26,551 nt of DNA from a virus. Taxonomy: Duplodnaviria; Caudoviricetes. The notes under the pieces are model-generated. The model was not told the DNA's origin, ran no database searches, and saw only the letters and a list, made by a program, of their open reading frames with translations. A program made the position numbers and the translations under genes. Of this stretch, positions 19,226 to 26,220 are shown piece after piece; position 1 is the first letter of the stretch; each line of letters opens with the position of its first letter. The stretch lies in IMG/VR virus record IMGVR_UViG_3300038315_000539, positions 1 to 26,551 of that record, one strand, 5' to 3'.

Positions 19226-19467
19226 CAGTTTACATTCGACCTCTTTACCATGTCGATTGAATCTACTGTAGTTTCAAATCCCTGATCAGTGTCGCCTACT
19301 TTAAATGCGGCTCCATCCACCAAGTTAAATATTTCTTTGGTGAGGATGTGTTTGGCGACCTCAACTAAGGATTCATGATCTTCACCATCATCTACCCACA
19401 GGGTCAGCATCGCTACCACTTTATAAGGTGTTCGAGTGTTGCCCGGTATTGTGTCTTTACTAGCCAT
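19225..19467 (-). CDS. hypothetical protein (start uncertain: 19506, 19467 or 19410)
   Basis: Stop coupled to the ninB start (TGATG); fills the operon gap. Confidence 0.55.
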   Translation of the reverse strand: MASKDTIPGNTRTPYKVVAMLTLWVDDGEDHESLVEVAKHILTKEIFNLVDGAAFKVGDTDQGFETTVDSIDMVKRSNVN

Positions 19468-19667
19468 ATTAATTGATCCTCTTTCGTATATTCTAACGCA
19501 TGACACATCTCATGGCAAGCCCTACAGGCGGGAATTGCGTGAAGATCCAGAGGTTTTTGACCCATTCCTGTACCAATTCTGACATGATGCGCGTCAACTC
19601 CGTATTTACCACACCCCCAGCAGGGTTGTGTCCTCACCCACTGGAGATATTTGACTTTCCCATTCAA
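19413..19667 (-). CDS. DUF968-like HNH-type Zn-binding protein (~84 aa)
   Basis: KYLQWVRTQPCWGCG...DAHH...GMGQK...IPACRACH pattern. The track start at 19703 falls on the -35 box of the leftward promoter, so TTG at 19667 is preferred. Confidence 0.8.
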   Translation of the reverse strand: MNGKVKYLQWVRTQPCWGCGKYGVDAHHVRIGTGMGQKPLDLHAIPACRACHEMCHALEYTKEDQLIWLVKTQYRATLEHLIKW

Positions 19668-19679
19668 GTATGCTATGGT
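19651..19679 (+). promoter_or_regulatory. rightward sigma70-type promoter for the replication arm
   Basis: TTGACT (19651-56), 17 bp, TATGGT (19674-79), with extended-10 TG at 19671-72. Confidence 0.7.
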
Positions 19680-19703
19680 ATCACGCTGACACGGTGCTGT
19701 CAA
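19675..19703 (-). promoter_or_regulatory. leftward sigma70-type promoter for the recombination/RNR arm
   Basis: Minus strand TTGACA (19703-19698), 17 bp, TACCAT (19680-19675), with extended-10 TG. Confidence 0.75.
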
Positions 19704-19705
19704 CT

Positions 19706-19984
19706 ATGCTGACATATCAGGAAAAAAGGGAATATCTAATGACGGTTTTGTTTCGGTCAAAAAAACTGAGCAAGTCCGAAAAGCTCGTCGCCCTTGCGCT
19801 GGCATTTAAGATTGATTATACTGGAGTCACCAGAATGACGCAAGCGGAGATAGGGGCTATGGCATCCTTGACACCCAAAGGAGTTCGCACTGTTCTTCAG
19901 CGCCTGACACAGAAGATTCAACTTGAGGTCAGGAAAGAGAAGGGTCGCAACACCTATTACTTTATACAGTGGGCTCAGATATGA
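19706..19984 (+). CDS. winged-HTH DNA-binding protein (92 aa from ATG 19706)
   Basis: LSKSEKLVALALA...MTQAEIGAMASLTPKGVRTVLQRL...GRNTYY wHTH pattern; ATGA overlap with the initiator gene. Track start 19670 lies within the promoter. Confidence 0.8.
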   Translation: MLTYQEKREYLMTVLFRSKKLSKSEKLVALALAFKIDYTGVTRMTQAEIGAMASLTPKGVRTVLQRLTQKIQLEVRKEKGRNTYYFIQWAQI

Positions 19985-20634
19985 GCCGTTCAAAACTATG
20001 GGCACCGATTCCGGTCTATGTTCTACAAGACCATAGGCATAAATCTGGTCATTTAAGGGTTTTGGGGGCTATTTTAAGCTGCCCTCAACCTTATTTTCCC
20101 AGTCTTGATGAAATAGCAGTCAGAAGCGGTCACCCAAGGAAATATTGTAGTAACCTAATCTCTGAAATGGTCAAATTTGGTACCTTGGAAAGGGAGCAAA
20201 GGTACAATTCTACCAATGTGTACAAGCTGACCAGTTATGAGTCCACAACTGATGTGAAGAGTGAGTCCACAACCCTTGTGGATACAGAGTCCACAACTGT
20301 TATGGATACAGAGTCCACAACTGTTATGGAACTAAAAGAATCTTTAAAAGAAGATATAAATAAGGGGAATGGAGTTTTAAAGGGGTTTGAGAACTTCTGC
20401 TCCGTCTATCCTAGACACAGATTGGGGCTGAAAAGGAGGCTCCATGAATACTGGACGCTAAATAGGCTTGAAAAGTCTTCCAAGGTTATTGTAAACTCCG
20501 TGAAGGAGCACGCTGACACCCCTGAGTGGAAAGAAAAGAATGGCATGTTCGTTCCGGGTGCTCAGAAGTTTCTTGAAGAGGAAAGGTGGGTTGTGTATAC
20601 TGCGCCCGAACTTACACAATACGAGGAAGACTGA
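19981..20634 (+). CDS. phage replication initiator (lambda O / replisome-organiser-like)
   Basis: N-terminal HTH (FPSLDEIAVRSG...NSTNVYKL), central ESTT repeats encoded by DNA repeats, C-terminal FENFCSVYP...FVPGAQKFLEEERW; followed by a helicase. Confidence 0.85.
   Translation: MSRSKLWAPIPVYVLQDHRHKSGHLRVLGAILSCPQPYFPSLDEIAVRSGHPRKYCSNLISEMVKFGTLEREQRYNSTNVYKLTSYESTTDVKSESTTLVDTESTTVMDTESTTVMELKESLKEDINKGNGVLKGFENFCSVYPRHRLGLKRRLHEYWTLNRLEKSSKVIVNSVKEHADTPEWKEKNGMFVPGAQKFLEEERWVVYTAPELTQYEED
20239..20334. repeat. four tandem 24-bp iteron-like repeats, probable replication origin
   Basis: GAGTCCACAACtgatgtgaagagt / GAGTCCACAACccttgtggataca / GAGTCCACAACtgttatggataca / GAGTCCACAACtgttatggaacta, followed by an A-rich tract (20333-20363). 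Confidence 0.85.
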
Positions 20635-21596
20635 TGAGACTAATCACCCCAGACTTAGATGACTTTATGAACCCTGTAGATGTAGAGGGTCACGTCTTCT
20701 CCCCTAATAACTTTAGGGAAGAGACATTATCTTGGATCGAAAACCGAAACCTTAAAGCTGGGTGTCAACTGCCCTGTCTAAAGAAAACAGATCTGCGCAT
20801 TATTCCCGGCTCCATGACAGTGTGGGCAGGAGTGAATGGCCACGGCAAATCTGCCTTGGTTCAGCAGTTCTGTTTGTGGTGGGCGGCAGGCAAGTACACT
20901 GATAAAGATGAGAAGGTTTTGTTCTGGTCGCCTGAAATGGCATTCCATGTTCAGATTGAACGCATGGTGAAACAGACGCTTGGGGTGGGTGAGCCCACAA
21001 CTATGGCCGCAAGTTATATCATGGACTATCTGGAAGGAAAAGTATTCATCTATGGAAAGGAAGAGCACGTACAGGCATCAGAGATAATCGCTCTGGCTCG
21101 ATGGGCGTCTGCCAATGGGTTTACGCAGTTAGTAATTGACTCCTTGATGATGGTAGACCTCCAGACAGATCAGGCCAATCTCAATCTAGGCCAGAAGAAC
21201 TTTGTCCGGATGCTCAAGGAGGCGGCTCGGACTACTGGACTCCACATTCACTTGGTTGCCCATATGCGTAAGGGGGAATCAGAAACCAAGATGGGAGACA
21301 AGATGGATATTAAAGGGAGTGGAGAAATCTCTGACCTCTCTGATTACGCCTTCCTTATCTGGAAGGATGTACGCAAGCAGGAGAAGCTGTATAATAATCC
21401 GGAAGACGAGGAATGGCTACGCAAGCCTGATGGATATCTCAAGTGCGTAAAGAATCGGTATGATCCAGAGCATCCATGCTTGGCTCTGTGGTTCAGTGGC
21501 GCACCGTTCTCGTTCAAGAGCGGGCGTAGGGCGGATATCCCTAGATTGCTTGAGCCAAGTAAACAAGAGTTAGAGAGTGGCTACGTCCCGAAGTAA
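20634..21596 (+). CDS. SF4 (DnaB / T7 gp4-like) replicative helicase without primase domain
   Basis: Walker A AGVNGHGKS, SPEM, Walker B LVIDSL, HLVAHMRK, DIKGSGEI and KNR motifs; TGATG coupling gives start 20634. Confidence 0.92.
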   Translation: MRLITPDLDDFMNPVDVEGHVFSPNNFREETLSWIENRNLKAGCQLPCLKKTDLRIIPGSMTVWAGVNGHGKSALVQQFCLWWAAGKYTDKDEKVLFWSPEMAFHVQIERMVKQTLGVGEPTTMAASYIMDYLEGKVFIYGKEEHVQASEIIALARWASANGFTQLVIDSLMMVDLQTDQANLNLGQKNFVRMLKEAARTTGLHIHLVAHMRKGESETKMGDKMDIKGSGEISDLSDYAFLIWKDVRKQEKLYNNPEDEEWLRKPDGYLKCVKNRYDPEHPCLALWFSGAPFSFKSGRRADIPRLLEPSKQELESGYVPK

Positions 21597-22152
21597 AGGA
21601 GAAGAGTTATTCATCGAGCAGTTGAAGGTTGCGGGGCTGCTGATTCCGGAAGAGGAGTATAAGTTCCTTCCGGATCGGCGCTTCCGTTTTGATTTCGCTT
21701 GGCCTCGTTGGAAACTGGCAGTTGAAATCGAGGGAGCAACATGGTCTGGAGGTAGGCACTCTAGGGGTAAGGGATTCGAAAACGATTGCATTAAGTATAA
21801 TTTGGCAGTCAGAGATTTATGGAGGGTTCTTAGGTTTACCACTCAAATGGTGAAGGATGGACGAGCCATTATGTTTACTGGTAAAATAATGGAACCTATG
21901 ATGGCAGACGTATACAGAACTACCTTTGCCAGACAGTGGGTATACAACCCCGTTAGATGGATGCGTAAGTTTGACGATGATTGGGTAGAGGTTACCGAAG
22001 AGGAGTGGAGAGATACTACTTCCCCCGCTCCTATTTTTGAGGAACTTGCTGATGACCCTTACGCACCTCACAAGGTATTCGGGGATGAGGCAGCCTACGA
22101 ACGGGAGGTAAAGTTTGTCGAAAAAATTGCCAAAATCAGAAATAAAACCTGA
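21577..22152 (+). CDS. DUF559/Vsr-like PD-(D/E)XK endonuclease with C-terminal extension (191 aa)
   Basis: EYKFLPDRRFRFDFAWP..KLAVEIEG...GRH...DCIKYN...WRVLRFT motif. Confidence 0.85.
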   Translation: MATSRSKGEELFIEQLKVAGLLIPEEEYKFLPDRRFRFDFAWPRWKLAVEIEGATWSGGRHSRGKGFENDCIKYNLAVRDLWRVLRFTTQMVKDGRAIMFTGKIMEPMMADVYRTTFARQWVYNPVRWMRKFDDDWVEVTEEEWRDTTSPAPIFEELADDPYAPHKVFGDEAAYEREVKFVEKIAKIRNKT

Positions 22153-22288
22153 GTCAACCGGAAAGGTTCCTTACCGCTTTGTGATATGCAAGGTGAAGGG
22201 GTGTGTCAGGATGCATGATGATTTTTATCCTATGTGTACCCAGCATCGCAGGGCGCTTGAAATAGAGGAAGCAGAAGATGGAATATAA
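22115..22288 (+). CDS. small CCCH Zn-finger protein (57 aa, TTG start), not in ORF track
   Basis: GGAGGT RBS 5 nt before TTG; MSKKLPK...ICKVKGCVRMHDDFYPMCTQHRR...GI*; overlaps both neighbours. Confidence 0.6.
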   Translation: MSKKLPKSEIKPESTGKVPYRFVICKVKGCVRMHDDFYPMCTQHRRALEIEEAEDGI

Positions 22289-23012
22289 CACCCTAAAGGA
22301 TACAGTGGATGGGACCATACTTTACAATCCCAACGATACATATGTCGGCAAGTCTATAGAATCCTACGGGCGCTATCAGTTAGAAGAATTAAAAGTATTT
22401 GATAAGTTTGTGCAGTCAGGCGATACCGTGATTGACGTGGGGGCGAATATTGGAACCCATACTCTTTGGTTTGCAAATAAGGTTGGGGCATCCGGATTTG
22501 TGATGGCCTTTGAACCTCAGAGGTTAATCTTTCAAACACTCTGCGCAAACATGGCTATAAATTCAGTTCAGAATGTAGACTGTCGCCAGTTGGGTGTAGG
22601 GTATGCGAAGAGATTGGTAAAGGTTCCGGTCCTTGATCCGCTAAAGAAGAACAACTTTGGAGGGTTATCTATTGACGGCCATGCAGAGGGAGAGGATGTA
22701 GCCATTTGCAGGGTGGATGATATAGGATTGACAAGGTGTGACTTCATGAAAATTGATGTGGAGGGAATGGAGCCAGAGGTATTGCAAGGAGCGATGAACA
22801 CAATTGTTGAGTGTAGGCCAATCCTCTACCTAGAACTTGATCGAGATGAGAACGTAGAATTTCTTCAGATATTTTTAGAGGAGTTGAAGTATAAGGCTGA
22901 GATGCATGCGCCTCCTCTTTATTCTGAGGATTACGAGGGGGAAAATATATTTGGTGAGGCCACATCAAAGAATGTGTTGGCCATCCCCCAGAAAATTGGT
23001 AAGACCAATTGA
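22278..23012 (+). CDS. FkbM-family SAM-dependent methyltransferase (244 aa)
   Basis: VIDVGANIGTHT, AFEPQ, FMKIDVEGMEPEVLQGA, RPILYLE motifs. Confidence 0.93.
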   Translation: MEYNTLKDTVDGTILYNPNDTYVGKSIESYGRYQLEELKVFDKFVQSGDTVIDVGANIGTHTLWFANKVGASGFVMAFEPQRLIFQTLCANMAINSVQNVDCRQLGVGYAKRLVKVPVLDPLKKNNFGGLSIDGHAEGEDVAICRVDDIGLTRCDFMKIDVEGMEPEVLQGAMNTIVECRPILYLELDRDENVEFLQIFLEELKYKAEMHAPPLYSEDYEGENIFGEATSKNVLAIPQKIGKTN

Positions 23013-23227
23013 CCAATAATCTAATTTGGCAAAGAATAATGCGGCAGACAGGGACACCGTGCCGTGGATGTGAGCAGTATCACTCGTGTGCTATCCATGA
23101 GGTTGCGTGTGAACAGTTTGAGGAGTACATTGAGACTGGAGAAATTGAACTGATACTCCCAAAAATACCAACAAAAGAAATATTCATGGGGATTTACTTT
23201 GAGGAAGAGATCGAAAGAGAACCTTAA
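23009..23227 (+). CDS. small four-Cys protein (72 aa)
   Basis: TPCRGC-x5-C-x6-C-xx-F; TTGA overlap with the FkbM stop. Confidence 0.7.
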   Translation: MTNNLIWQRIMRQTGTPCRGCEQYHSCAIHEVACEQFEEYIETGEIELILPKIPTKEIFMGIYFEEEIEREP

Positions 23228-23732
23228 ATCATTAACACCATTATCATCTAGCATTTGGAGTAACCCAAGACGCCCTTGGACTGACATATGTTTTGCCCTA
23301 GCAGGTACAGAGAGAATAGTATCTAATTATGCTAGGCTGAAGTATGCAGGTGAGGACAGATTCTACGGAGATGTGTGGAGATACATATTCTACAAGATTA
23401 AAAAGATATCCAAGGAGAATAAGTGGAAATATCCGAATGAGCATTTTTTAGTCAGGTTAGCAGAGTTGGCTGTACAGGAGTCAATTCGGTCAGATATGTG
23501 TACTAGATGCAACGGTAAGGGTTACGTTGCCACCGGATACACTAGAATAGACTGCTTTAGTTGTGATGGGTCTGGAAAATTGAAGAGAACCGAACGTTAT
23601 CGGTTCAGATTTATGAATACCCCAGAAAGAACATGGTATAGGCATTGGAGGGTTAGGTTTAGAAGGGAGGTTTTGGGGATAGTGGACGTATTTGAGGGGG
23701 AGATAGACCGAGCCCTACACCGAAGACTCTAA
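23199..23732 (+). CDS. antitermination protein Q-like protein with Zn finger (177 aa)
   Basis: RLKYAG, LAELAVQE, CTRCNGKG...CFSCDGSGK, TWYRHW; last large gene of the replication arm, as for lambdoid Q. Confidence 0.7.
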   Translation: MRKRSKENLKSLTPLSSSIWSNPRRPWTDICFALAGTERIVSNYARLKYAGEDRFYGDVWRYIFYKIKKISKENKWKYPNEHFLVRLAELAVQESIRSDMCTRCNGKGYVATGYTRIDCFSCDGSGKLKRTERYRFRFMNTPERTWYRHWRVRFRREVLGIVDVFEGEIDRALHRRL

Positions 23733-23774
23733 ACCAGTTCAGCCAAACCAGTTCAAACCAGTTCAAATCGGTTG
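23731..23774. repeat. tandem 10-mer AAACCAGTTC x3 plus one degenerate copy
   Basis: Copies at 23731-40, 23745-54, 23755-64; AAATCGGTTG at 23765-74. Confidence 0.85.
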
Positions 23775-23843
23775 CACTTTTAAATACTGTCATCATTTAA
23801 GGGGAGGGGGGATAGAAGGCTGGCAAGGTTTTACCCCCCAATA

Positions 23844-23852
23844 TGATATAAT
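23844..23852 (+). promoter_or_regulatory. extended -10 promoter element TGATATAAT
   Basis: Exact TGnTATAAT consensus in the intergenic region after Q, 18 nt upstream of a small ORF; no good -35 at 17 bp. Confidence 0.6.
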
Positions 23853-23870
23853 GCAAATAAAGGTCAGAAG

Positions 23871-24050
23871 ATGGGGAGACCACGAAAAAAATTTTACGAA
23901 GAAGATGTGGGAATGGCGATCCAAGAATGGATGCGTGACTTGGATTGGCGGGACAGAAATTGGATACAGGATCTAGAATTACGACCCGGATCTGCGCAAG
24001 CCCCGGATCAAGAAGATGAACATTGGTTGGAGAAGATGTACCAGAGGTAG
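23871..24050 (+). CDS. small hypothetical protein (59 aa), not in ORF track
   Basis: MGRPRKKFYEEDVGMAIQEWMRDLDW...EKMYQR*; AAGGT upstream; GRPRK AT-hook-like start. Confidence 0.55.
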   Translation: MGRPRKKFYEEDVGMAIQEWMRDLDWRDRNWIQDLELRPGSAQAPDQEDEHWLEKMYQR

Positions 24051-24087
24051 GGCGGGAGTTTTAGTACTAAAAGTCTAAACTCTGGGC

Positions 24088-24119
24088 GAAAAAAAAATGC
24101 CCCCCAGAAGATGGGGGGC
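24088..24119 (-). terminator. Rho-independent terminator for the leftward early block
   Basis: GCCCCCCA-gaaga-TGGGGGGC stem with a long A run on its left, i.e. a U-tract on the minus strand; lies between convergent blocks. Confidence 0.85.
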
Positions 24120-24168
24120 TAATAGCGTTGCGCTTGAACTCTCGCGAAAGAGCGCGCAACTAGGAGGA

Positions 24169-24354
24169 TTACTCTACATTAAAATCGGGTGATCTCTCTA
24201 CAGCAACACCCTTATGTTTTAGAACCTTACCGTATCTTGTCCAGCAGGAAAAGACTTTGCATTCTTTTTTCCGACTGAAGCAATAATAGGCATGGTCGCA
24301 GTCATCGCAAGGACATGGTGTCAATCTTGCGTATGTCATCTGATTGCTGACCAC
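24169..24354 (-). CDS. small Cys-rich protein (61 aa)
   Basis: PCDDC-x5-C-x6-C-xx-F, same spacing as 23009-23227; TAGTG coupling to the upstream peptide gene. Confidence 0.65.
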   Translation of the reverse strand: MVSNQMTYARLTPCPCDDCDHAYYCFSRKKECKVFSCWTRYGKVLKHKGVAVERSPDFNVE

Positions 24355-24434
24355 TAGAATAGTAAGACTGCCACAATGACAGCCACCGTTATTGCTAACC
24401 AGAAGTTACGGTCTGTTAGGAATGAAGGTTTCAT
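24354..24434 (-). CDS. single-pass membrane peptide (26 aa), not in ORF track
   Basis: AAGGAG RBS; MKPSFLTDRNFWLAITVAVIVAVLLF*; stop overlaps the next start. Confidence 0.6.
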   Translation of the reverse strand: MKPSFLTDRNFWLAITVAVIVAVLLF

Positions 24435-24567
24435 AGTTTCTCCTTGATTTCACTTTAGCGTCACACGCCAGACATCTAGGTTTCTGACTGGGTGCTACCG
24501 CTTGGTTTTGTCGAAATTGACTTGGGTCTTTTATTAGGTGACAGACCCGGCACACCATTCTTCGCAT
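24406..24567 (-). CDS. small CxxC...CxxC Zn-finger protein (53 aa), not in ORF track
   Basis: GAGGG RBS; MRRMVCRVCHLIKDPSQF...PRCLACDAK..., a common phage Zn-ribbon pattern. Confidence 0.65.
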   Translation of the reverse strand: MRRMVCRVCHLIKDPSQFRQNQAVAPSQKPRCLACDAKVKSRRNYETFIPNRP

Positions 24568-24609
24568 AGTTCAACCCTCGAATCGAGCGGGAGTTTTAGT
24601 ACTAAAACT

Positions 24610-25089
24610 CTAATCATCTTTGACCGCTGTTATCATTTCAAGCGTAGCAGATACAATCTTAAAGCGGTGCATCACAGCATCGTGATATTCCGACAACTTG
24701 AGATTGGCTTGCCACGCACTATCGGTCATTCGACCCCGGCCCGACTTGTCTCCCTCGCATACACCAATGTATATGGGAGCACCAGTCTTGGAAAGTAACT
24801 TGCAGTAATACAGAATGGCATCTCTATCTTTCCATTTAGGTATTACGTTAAGAACATTCGCCAACGTAACGGAGTCGGAACCCCCTCGGGCAATCACAGA
24901 AGTGATCACGCCGAGGTTGTGTTCCGCGCTACGATTGTCGGGATCATAGACCATGTTGGTCACATCCCTCTCTGCCAAGTATAAAGTGGCATCTTCAAAC
25001 TTACCACCACCGACATCTAGGTTGACGGTAAATGCTTTCCACTTTATCTTCTTAAAGATAGATGGAACTTTGGCAGAGTCATAGGCCAT
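24610..25089 (-). CDS. small class I SAM-dependent methyltransferase-like protein (159 aa)
   Basis: NLDVGGGK (motif I), VYDP, DSVTLANVLNVI, IYIGV.EGD.SG.G. Confidence 0.75.
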   Translation of the reverse strand: MAYDSAKVPSIFKKIKWKAFTVNLDVGGGKFEDATLYLAERDVTNMVYDPDNRSAEHNLGVITSVIARGGSDSVTLANVLNVIPKWKDRDAILYYCKLLSKTGAPIYIGVCEGDKSGRGRMTDSAWQANLKLSEYHDAVMHRFKIVSATLEMITAVKDD

Positions 25090-25092
25090 GAC

Positions 25093-26220
25093 TCACGCAG
25101 CCTTTCTATACTCTGCGCGAGCGATGTCTGACCATTGATGGTTGTTGAACTCAAGAATCTTACCACCGAGTCTCTCTAGGCTCGTGGCTTCATCGTAGTC
25201 GTGGTGATGGTTAGCAGCATTGGTAATTCCATTAACAAACCCCCACTTCGAGTAGTCGCCAACAGATAGAAAGGCATCGGTAATCCTAATCTTGACGGGG
25301 GAAGGTAGACTGAACTTATCCCCAATCCATTCGACAGATGGTATGGTAGGAATCCTCTCGGAGATTCGATCAAGGTGTTTGACCTTTTCTCCTTCGGTTG
25401 CATCCCTCATGGTTTGAACATACCCTTTGAACCCTTCGACGTTGGTGCATCTATCCACCACCTTGCGAAAGTCCGAGATGATATCATAAGGTAGGTTCAC
25501 TCCGCTTTCCCAATACTGGGGCAGAACACCAAGAGGCAACCGTACTGATCGGTGTACCCGACGCACACCATCACCCGGACGATCCCCCATCATTCCATTG
25601 TCACACATAACAACGCGAATGAATCGGTTTAAGTCTACCTGTGCTAGACCCACCGAGCTGTTACTCGCCATGAAGCCACCGCGAACAACCTGACCTCGCT
25701 TCACTTCATACTCTAGTTCGGGTAGTAACACCTTGACGTTGAAGAACTTGTCATTGACATTGCACGATCCCAACTCGTAGCGGTGCAACCTATCCAACAC
25801 AGGGTCGAGGCAATCCAAAACCATCTCGTCATCAATGCGAGCATACATATCCGATAGAAAGGCGTTCACCTTGTTACCATCCTTGGTGCAACGGAACATT
25901 CTATTTGCTCTGTTGTCCTTTCTATTGTGGAACCAGTAACTAACATTGTCGTGAATGAGGGTTTTAGATTTCTGAGTGGATTCCATCTTGGTCATGTATC
26001 CCTTATGGATACCACACCATGTGCCCACTTGATCCAACGAGTGCTGAGTCCACTTGAACGTCTGATCATGGGGATAGCCACTGCCCAATGGAAGTCTAAC
26101 AGCACCCCCATCTTGGGTGACCAAGACATTCTTGACGTCCACCACGACGTCTAACTTATCTCTGGCGCGACGATCTACCACTTCGCGTAATGCTCCGTAA
26201 TTTCCTAGACCTTGTTTCAT
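25093..26220 (-). CDS. DUF932-family protein (probable start 26220)
   Basis: AFLSDMYARIDD, GFMASNSSVG, CDNGM, WGFVNGITNAA, ATSLERLGGKIL motifs; AAGGAG RBS and ATGA overlap support 26220 over 26259. Confidence 0.8.
   Translation of the reverse strand: MKQGLGNYGALREVVDRRARDKLDVVVDVKNVLVTQDGGAVRLPLGSGYPHDQTFKWTQHSLDQVGTWCGIHKGYMTKMESTQKSKTLIHDNVSYWFHNRKDNRANRMFRCTKDGNKVNAFLSDMYARIDDEMVLDCLDPVLDRLHRYELGSCNVNDKFFNVKVLLPELEYEVKRGQVVRGGFMASNSSVGLAQVDLNRFIRVVMCDNGMMGDRPGDGVRRVHRSVRLPLGVLPQYWESGVNLPYDIISDFRKVVDRCTNVEGFKGYVQTMRDATEGEKVKHLDRISERIPTIPSVEWIGDKFSLPSPVKIRITDAFLSVGDYSKWGFVNGITNAANHHHDYDEATSLERLGGKILEFNNHQWSDIARAEYRKAA

Larger units (their letters stand above)
24052..24610. repeat. 21-bp direct repeat GCGGGAGTTTTAGTACTAAAA (24052-72 and 24587-607) with palindromic core
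   Basis: Exact copies 535 bp apart, both essentially intergenic; the second extends to the perfect 20-bp palindrome GAGTTTTAGTACTAAAACTC (24591-24610). Confidence 0.9.

Noticed and set aside
14418-19712. Plus-strand ORFs opposite the recombination/RNR arm (e.g. 14960-15280, 16913-17188, 18775-19011, 19500-19712)
   Set aside because: Antisense to well-supported genes; no motif support.
20239-20334. Tandem repeats as a mini CRISPR array
   Set aside because: 24-bp period with no unique spacers, in frame inside a replication gene; fits iterons.
24058-24068. GTTTTAGTACT resembles the 5' end of some type II CRISPR repeats
   Set aside because: Only two copies, 535 bp apart, no spacer periodicity, no cas genes; the match is short and explained by the palindrome.
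24538-24798. 86-aa plus-strand ORF
   Set aside because: Antisense to the methyltransferase and Zn-finger genes and crosses the palindrome; no motif.
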